DNA of 64,000 bases. Origin: an uncultured Holophaga sp. (GTDB taxonomy: Bacteria; Acidobacteriota; Holophagae; Holophagales; Holophagaceae). Below the pieces are notes generated by a model. That model searched no databases. It was not told where the DNA came from and was given only the letters and a program-made list of their open reading frames with translations. Where the stretch lies: assembly GCA_963664825.1 (NCBI GenBank), contig OY761614.1:1824001-1888000 (forward strand), given 5' to 3'. Position numbers and translations under genes: made by a program. How positions within the stretch are numbered: position 1 is the first letter of the stretch; each line of letters opens with the position of its first letter. Below are positions 48,813 to 54,765 of the stretch, piece by piece.

Positions 48813-49195
48813 AGATTCTCCTTCGAGGAAGGGCGCGTGGCCCGGTTGATTTCGTGAGAGACCATCACCAGGGCTTGGCCCCAGGCGCGGCGGAGGGCGC
48901 GAGCGGCGGCGCGGGGGTCCTCCTGGGCCTCCAGGAAATGGGCAGCTTCCTGGGCTATTTCTTGGACCACCGGGGGCAGCTTGGGCAGTGGATCGGGCGG
49001 CACCTGGCCAGCCAAGGCCACACGAATCAGGTCATCCACCACACGCCACACCGGCATCCCGGCGGCCTCAGCATGGGCCTCCAGGATGGAAGCGGCCTCT
49101 GGGCTCAAGTCCAGGCGCATCCTTGCCACCGGGCCACGCTGGGGCCTCCCGCCCCCCTTTCCTTGTCCCACTCCTGGATTCTTGGCCGTCACCAT
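48809..49195 (-). CDS. Ribbon-helix-helix-like DNA-binding protein
   Basis: GAGGT SD; GRP..RMRLDLSPEA..IL..HA...G....VVDDLI. Confidence 0.55.
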   Translation of the reverse strand: MVTAKNPGVGQGKGGGRPQRGPVARMRLDLSPEAASILEAHAEAAGMPVWRVVDDLIRVALAGQVPPDPLPKLPPVVQEIAQEAAHFLEAQEDPRAAARALRRAWGQALVMVSHEINRATRPSSKENL

Positions 49196-49264
49196 GGCTC
49201 ACCTCTGCCCAAGAGGATGCTCTCGCGCGCGCGAGGAATCAAGAACGTTTTTGGGGCCCGAATA

Positions 49265-49292
49265 GCTTTCGATAACGTCCATTATGTAACTC
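49265..49292 (+). other. dif-like XerC/D site
   Basis: GCTTTCGATAA-CGTCCA-TTATGTAACTC, 11-6-11 geometry with ATAA/TTATGT core. Confidence 0.6.
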
Positions 49293-49319
49293 AGAACTGC
49301 TCGTAAGTCTAACCATTTC

Positions 49320-49950
49320 AATGCTGAAATTTCAGCCATGGAATAATCATGTAGTGGGAAGCCTCCGGAGTTTTCGCCCTTTTCGGCGAAAACCTCAAAG
49401 TCCCTGTGCTCAAAAAGTCGGGCACGGGCGAGAGGATGACATTGACTGTCGGGCAGCATCCGACAACAGGTGCTCCCCCGCGCGTGAGGGTGGAAGGGTT
49501 TTCCGGAATATTCCGGGAAACTCCACCGGGGTGCTCCCCCGCGCGTGAGGGTGGAAGGGGGGTTATTCCGATTAACACCCCTGGAGGCTGGGTGCTCCCC
49601 CGCGCGTGAGGGTGGAAGGGGGTCGCGTTTCAAACGCGACCCTTGGCAATGGAGGGTCGGATTCGAAATCCAACCCCCTCCAGTTCGGACTTCTCGATTC
49701 CAAATCGGAAAGTGCGGGCTCTCGGCTACCAATCCTCGAACCGGACTCAGATCATCAGCCACATTCCGGAGGAGTGGAAGGGTAGCATTCGGATTGCCAC
49801 CCTCTGGAAGGGGTGAACATTTTGGACCCCCCTTTGCAGGGAACCTCAGAGATATCTCCGGGATGTGCAACCGTACTCATTTGCTCACCCCCCCCAGCGC
49901 AGGGAGACCAAGCCCGGCGGGGTTCTTTCCAGATTCGGAAAGAACCTCGA
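49320..49950. repeat. Array of ~13 different adjacent palindromes (right arm of satellite)
   Basis: e.g. GCTGAAATTTCAGC; GTTTTCGCC-6-GGCGAAAAC; GGGTCGCGTTT-C-AAACGCGACCC; GGTTCTTTCC-6-GGAAAGAACC. Confidence 0.85.
49470..49620 (+). CRISPR. Cas-less mini CRISPR-like array, type I-E geometry (3 repeats, 2 spacers)
   Basis: GTGCTCCCCCGCGCGTGAGGGTGGAAGGG (29 bp) identical at 49470, 49531 and 49592; unrelated 32-bp spacers; period 61. Confidence 0.6.
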
Positions 49951-50109
49951 GGCCTCCAGGAAAGGGACAGTTGGGACATCTCTTCCAGTTCTCAAGAAAA
50001 GACTGTCCCACGGCAAACCCTTGCCACCACTATCTAAGGGACTAAAGGGACTAAAGGGACAAGAAAGAGATATACCCCCCCTAAGTTTCCCTTCAACCGG
50101 GGCGAGACT

Positions 50110-51450
50110 TCAGGCCCCGGCCTTCTTTCTGGCCTTAGCCTGGGCCTTCCGGCGGGCCTCCAGTTCCTTCTCTGGATCGATCTTGCCGGTCAGGATGCCT
50201 TCGATCCGGGCCCCGATCTTCTCCGCTGCATCGTGGAGGGGTTCCGCGGCGGTCCTGGTGTAAATGTCAGTCACCGATGCTTCCGCATGGCCTAGCAGCT
50301 CCCCCACGAAGCCCTTGAGGCCCAGGTCAGCTCCCACACTGGCGAAGGTGCGCCGGAGATCATGCCAGCCGGGATCTTCTTCTGTAGGTTCACCCTGGGT
50401 TGCCAGCTTTGCGGCCTCCCGGATGCGCTCCCATGGCCCCTGGAGGCCTATGATTGGCTTCCATCCGATTATCTTTCCCTCCTTCCCCTTCTTGTCTTTG
50501 AGTGGGAGGCCGGGCACCACGTAAGGGCATCCAAGGGTAGGTGTGAGGGCCCGGATGTGAGCCAGGAGGGCATTGCATAGATGCACCACTCGAGTCTTGC
50601 CGGTCTTCTTGCCCGTCTTGTGGAAGGCGGGCGGGATGTGGATTTCCCCGGCGTCCAGGTCGATCCACTCCCAGCGCAGGGCCTGAATTTCACCCTTCCT
50701 CATGCCAGCCAGGAGGGCCAGCCGCACGGCAAGGATGTACTTCGGCGCTTCCTCCGAGGCCTTCAGGGTGAGGCCCAGGGCCTTCAGCTCCATATCTGTG
50801 AGGCGTATGGTTCGCTTCATTTCCGGGGCGCGTTTCTTCACCACGGAAACGGGATTGGAGCCCGTAGGCCTCAGCCCCCATTCTTCAGCCCGGTCCAGCA
50901 TCGTGTGGAATACTGCCCTCACGATGTTGGCAATCCTGGGGGTTTTTCTCAGCTTGAAGAGTAAGGCCGATACCTCAGGCGGTCCCACCAGGGCCAGGGG
51001 CATCTTCCCCAGCGTGGGGAGAAGGTCTTTCTTGATCAGCCGGGTAGACTCCTTCGCCCATTTTGGGGAAAGGGTTGGCGTGTGTTCAATGAAGTAGCGG
51101 TCCGCCAGGTCTGAGACGGTGAACGTGCCCCGCTTGGCCGCAGCAGCCGCGGCGCGGGCGTCTGCCTTGGCTTGGCCTGGATCGGTCCCGGCGTTGATGA
51201 GCGTCCAAATGGGGCTATGGGCTATACCGGCCGCGTCCGGGGTCATGGCGGGGAAGGTCCCCATGGTGTGGATCTTCTGCCTTCCATTGAATCGGTAGCG
51301 CAGCACGAAAGATTTCGCACCGGCCTTGGTCACCTGGAGGCAGAGCCCCTTGTATCCCGTCACTGGATAGAAGCGCGTCCCGGCAGGGTCAGCCACCAGG
51401 GCGTTCACATCCGTCTTGGTCAATCGGATGGCCTTCTCGCTGCTCCTCAT
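50110..51450 (-). CDS. int: Tyrosine integrase with arm-binding domain (P4-like)
   Basis: GL.L.V...G.KS arm domain; GMRKGEI, HDLRRT, LLGH, TDIY; adjacent to attR. Confidence 0.95.
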   Translation of the reverse strand: MRSSEKAIRLTKTDVNALVADPAGTRFYPVTGYKGLCLQVTKAGAKSFVLRYRFNGRQKIHTMGTFPAMTPDAAGIAHSPIWTLINAGTDPGQAKADARAAAAAAKRGTFTVSDLADRYFIEHTPTLSPKWAKESTRLIKKDLLPTLGKMPLALVGPPEVSALLFKLRKTPRIANIVRAVFHTMLDRAEEWGLRPTGSNPVSVVKKRAPEMKRTIRLTDMELKALGLTLKASEEAPKYILAVRLALLAGMRKGEIQALRWEWIDLDAGEIHIPPAFHKTGKKTGKTRVVHLCNALLAHIRALTPTLGCPYVVPGLPLKDKKGKEGKIIGWKPIIGLQGPWERIREAAKLATQGEPTEEDPGWHDLRRTFASVGADLGLKGFVGELLGHAEASVTDIYTRTAAEPLHDAAEKIGARIEGILTGKIDPEKELEARRKAQAKARKKAGA

Positions 51451-51684
51451 GGGCCCCTCGAAAATGTGATGACAGGCGTTCCGTCATCACACCATCATCA
51501 CACTTTCGGCCAATGCGCACCAATTAGTTCATGTATGGATCAACCTCATCCATGGCTAAGTTGCTTTGTTTCCAATACAGCCCAATTTGTGCCCATGCGC
51601 TACAAATGGCCTATACCAGACTTCTAAGCTGGTGGTCGCTGGTTCGAGTCCAGCTGGGCGCACCAATATTTTTGAGGCCTCGGT

Positions 51685-51798
51685 GCTGGACTCGGACCAG
51701 CGAATGGCAGCCGGCCCGCGAGCGCCCCGTTGTGACAGCCTGGGGGGCTGTCGCAACGGATCAAGGCGCGAGTGGTCGCCGGCAACGTTCGAGTCCAG
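51685..51798. repeat. tRNA-T-arm-derived inverted/direct repeat element
   Basis: Inverted copy GCTGGACTCGGACCAGCGA (18/19 match) at 51685; direct GTTCGAGTCCAG at 51787. Confidence 0.65.
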
Positions 51799-52264
51799 GG
51801 ACCGGAGTATCCCCAGGTGATTCCCTCCTCGCCGGGCCCCGACTTCGCGGGCTCCAGCGGAGCCCGTTGCGTCACCCGGCGGTCGGGAGGACTCGGACAA
51901 GCGAGAAACATCGGTGGCCGGGCTGATTCGGGTCTTCGGCCCTCACCCCTTTGGGGCCGCATTGGCGGTGGCGATGCGGTCCTATCCGCTTCACGGATGG
52001 TGGCCACAGGTGGAGGCAGCCCGCTTCTACGCCGACGCCATTCTTGACTTCTTCCGGTCAGGGATGGGGATCTTGTGGGTCTTCGCCGTCGTTATGGTCG
52101 GCTGGCCGTACTTCCTTTGGTGGCCACTGTGTGATGAAGCACGTCTGAGACCCGCTGAAAGACACTGGACTGGGCACTCCGGCATAGAAAGTAGCTTGGC
52201 GATGAAAGGGGGTTCTCCAGGACCGACCTGACCACAAAAATATCCTTGCAACTCCGAAAAAACG

Positions 52265-52284
52265 TGTAAACCTATGGGTTGACA
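52265..52284 (+). promoter_or_regulatory. Putative TA operator
   Basis: TGTAAACC-TATG-GGTTGACA inverted repeat 11 nt before the toxin ATG. Confidence 0.5.
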
Positions 52285-52295
52285 AGGACGCCGGA

Positions 52296-52757
52296 ATGCC
52301 AAGTCACACACTCCCATGGATCACCGGGGGATCCCATTGTGAGATCCACTGGCTCTTTGAGGACAACAAATGGGACCCCAAGCCCTACTTTGACGAACAC
52401 CAGTATCCAGGCGCTCAGGTTCGCCTGGAACGCATCGTCAGGCTTTTTGCAGCTTCCGGTCGTCTTCCACGTGACAAAGGACATTGGCGAACAGGTCCAG
52501 CCCCGCAGAACAAACTCTACGAGTTCAAGGACATCTCCAGTGGTCTTCGGCTTCTGGCTTTTAGCTTCACTCAACTTTCTGGCGTCTGCTGGTTCATCGT
52601 GGCGCTTGGGGCAACAAAAGACAGGGGAGACATCACACCTGAAGCTGCGGATCGGGCGATACAAAGACGTCAACGATTCCTTGATGCCAATCATCCTAAG
52701 GGTTTGCCCGAGTCACGATTGCAACCGACCGGCACACAGCCCAGAAAGAGGCGATGA
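52296..52757 (+). CDS. RelE/HigB (Gp49-like) toxin of a TAC system
   Basis: LYEFK...LRLLAF....IV..G..K pattern; first gene of the triad. Confidence 0.65.
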   Translation: MPSHTLPWITGGSHCEIHWLFEDNKWDPKPYFDEHQYPGAQVRLERIVRLFAASGRLPRDKGHWRTGPAPQNKLYEFKDISSGLRLLAFSFTQLSGVCWFIVALGATKDRGDITPEAADRAIQRRQRFLDANHPKGLPESRLQPTGTQPRKRR

Positions 52758-52758
52758 G

Positions 52759-53220
52759 ATGACTAAGTCCATGAAAATCCATGACAGTGCCATCGACAGG
52801 TTTGAGCAGGCCATCCACGAAGAACAGGACCGGCTTTCCCAAGATTTCTTCCAATCGCTCCAGACTCGAATGGAAGAGCTGAACATGTCCCAGTCCGACA
52901 TGGCTTTCACCCTTGGCAAGAGCCGAGCCTATGTGTCCAAGCTCTTTTCCAAAGGCCAGAACCTGACCATCAAGACGATGGTTGAACTCGCCCAATCCTT
53001 GGACATGAAGGTGGCGATCTCTACCAGGGCCATTTGGCTCGAAGCTATGTCGGTCGCAAAAACGACGCCCTTGCAGTGCAAGGGCTGGACTCCGAATCGA
53101 ACCCTCTCATTGGCGCCCACCCAAGTCAGAAGAACAGGGGCCAAGGGCGACTCCACAAAAGTGTCTTGGGGCGATCACACACAGCAAGCCAAGTCCCCTC
53201 TGCTTCAACAAACAAGCTAG
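52759..53220 (+). CDS. XRE-HTH antitoxin (HigA-like) with C-terminal extension
   Basis: MEELNMSQSDMAFTLGKSRAYVSKLF...NLTIKTMVELAQSL plus a ~55-aa low-structure tail. Confidence 0.8.
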   Translation: MTKSMKIHDSAIDRFEQAIHEEQDRLSQDFFQSLQTRMEELNMSQSDMAFTLGKSRAYVSKLFSKGQNLTIKTMVELAQSLDMKVAISTRAIWLEAMSVAKTTPLQCKGWTPNRTLSLAPTQVRRTGAKGDSTKVSWGDHTQQAKSPLLQQTS

Positions 53221-53796
53221 GTGAGAACCATGTTCAAGCTCAACTTCCCTGATACCTCTGCCAAGGAATTCAATCTCGCTGCTACCGTCGCCAAGGTTGT
53301 GGAGTTGACCGATCTAAAAATGGTCGACGGAGAATTCGGCCCCACCCCTCAGGTAGAGAAGAAGGCGAAATCGAAGTCCAAGGATGTGCCCTATGAATTT
53401 GGTTTCAGGTCTCGATTTGATGAAAAAGAAAACCGCCTTGAGGCAATGATCACCATTGAAGGCAGAGACATCCGCAACGCCACCGGTGAGGGCGCTGGCG
53501 GAACCGGCTTGCGGGTTAAGGCAACGTTCCTGTTGACCTACCAAGTGATGGTCGAGCCTCCACCTAAAGATGTCAGAGAAGCCTTTTTCACAGCCTTTGC
53601 TCAAGTCAATGGCCTCATGAATATTTGGCCTTACTACCGGGAGTTCGCTCACGAAGCGGCACGTCGCTTGGGTGTCCCTAACGTAATCGTTCCCCTCCTC
53701 CGCGTGGAGCCCAAACCTGAGCCTAAGGCTCCCCGTGGCCCTGTGAAAGAGAGGAACCCTAAGGCTCTGAGCACCAAGCGGGTTTCCAAAGGTTAA
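53221..53796 (+). CDS. SecB-like chaperone
   Basis: Beta-rich body ending in N....IWPYYREF....RRLG.P...PLL (SecB helix signature); ATG at 53230 is an alternative start. Confidence 0.7.
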   Translation: MRTMFKLNFPDTSAKEFNLAATVAKVVELTDLKMVDGEFGPTPQVEKKAKSKSKDVPYEFGFRSRFDEKENRLEAMITIEGRDIRNATGEGAGGTGLRVKATFLLTYQVMVEPPPKDVREAFFTAFAQVNGLMNIWPYYREFAHEAARRLGVPNVIVPLLRVEPKPEPKAPRGPVKERNPKALSTKRVSKG

Positions 53797-54288
53797 GGCA
53801 GTATCATCCTGCTTTTCTACGCAGCGATCTAAACCCCAAGAATCATCCTCCACGGCGACCACGCGGCCTTCATGTGCTTCGAACCACGTGTTTCTAACGG
53901 GTGTCCTTAATGGGCGTATGGATGTTCATCCACCCGCCTAATTTAGGCTCACTCGCGGGTGGATAGGCGCTCATCGAAGTGGTCTCCGGACACACGAATA
54001 CGCAGCACTGATGCGGATTTAATTCGTATTAAATTGGTACGCCCAACGGGACTCGAACGCCATCGGCATGGCCCCGGCCACGACGCTCCGGCAGCCCACC
54101 GGACCTCCGTGCCACGGACATCTTTGGCGAGCGTCGCTGAATGTCAGGAGTTCAATAGCGTCCAGTCACGCTTCACTTGCCCAGCGGTCGAAAACGAGGC
54201 ATAGACTCGCCGAGCGCTTTCCCGTCCATAGCCCCCTTGTGCTGAAACGAATTCCCGTCACTCTGGAACAAGATTCGCGAGCCTCCCC

Positions 54289-54714
54289 TTGAACCACCCG
54301 CCTCCTTCAGATGCCATGTCCTCCCTGCGTGCCGCGGGGCTGAGGGTCACGCCCCAGCGCCGGGCCATCCTCCAGGTGCTGGAGGACTCGGACCGGCCGC
54401 TTTCCGTGGAGGATATCCGGCAGCGGCTGGAGCAGCACGGCTCCGGCATCCCCACCATCTATCGCAATCTGCAGTGCTTTGTCGCCATGGGTTGGGCCGA
54501 GTCCATCCTGGGCACGGATCAGACCATGCGCTTCGTGCGCTGCCGCTCCGGGTGCCACCATCACCACCTCCAATGCGAAACCTGCGGCCGCACGGTGGAA
54601 GTGGAGGCCTGCGGCGTGGAGGCCAGTCTCGCCGGCATTCAGGCCCCCTCGGGCTTCAAGGTGACTCGTCACCATCTGCAGCTCTTTGGCCTCTGCCCCG
54701 ACTGCCAGAAATAG
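54289..54714 (+). CDS. Fur/Zur-family regulator
   Basis: GLRVTPQR, TIYRNL, HHHHLQCETCG, GLCPDC. Confidence 0.92.
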   Translation: MNHPPPSDAMSSLRAAGLRVTPQRRAILQVLEDSDRPLSVEDIRQRLEQHGSGIPTIYRNLQCFVAMGWAESILGTDQTMRFVRCRSGCHHHHLQCETCGRTVEVEACGVEASLAGIQAPSGFKVTRHHLQLFGLCPDCQK

Positions 54715-54765
54715 TCCGGCGTGGCAATTCGCCCTTTTTCCGCCTCTTTGCGTCATGCTGGAGGG

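Larger units (their letters stand above)
42546..51667. mobile_element. PICI/P4-like phage satellite (9,075 bp between att cores) in tRNA-Arg(TCT)
   Basis: Identical 47-bp repeats at 42546-42592 and 51621-51667; int, alpA, primase-helicase and TerS-like HTH all on the minus strand; no capsid or tail genes. Confidence 0.92.

Noticed and set aside
49199..49870. 223-aa minus-strand ORF spanning the palindrome array
   Set aside because: The 61-bp repeat is read in three different frames, the ORF crosses the dif-like site, and it has no SD or coherent domain. It is probably open by chance, although short stretches resemble antirepressor fragments.
42593..51620. Full prophage or conjugative element
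   Set aside because: No capsid, portal, large terminase, tail, lysis, relaxase or T4SS genes.
51621..51667. Second tRNA-Arg gene
   Set aside because: 3' fragment only; it is attR.
51914..52231. Hydrophobic 105-aa ORF after attR
   Set aside because: No SD or recognisable family; at most a gene remnant.
52279..52758. N-terminal half of the 313-aa ORF as a long antitoxin
   Set aside because: It overlaps the toxin frame; the real start is the ATG at 52759 behind GAGG.
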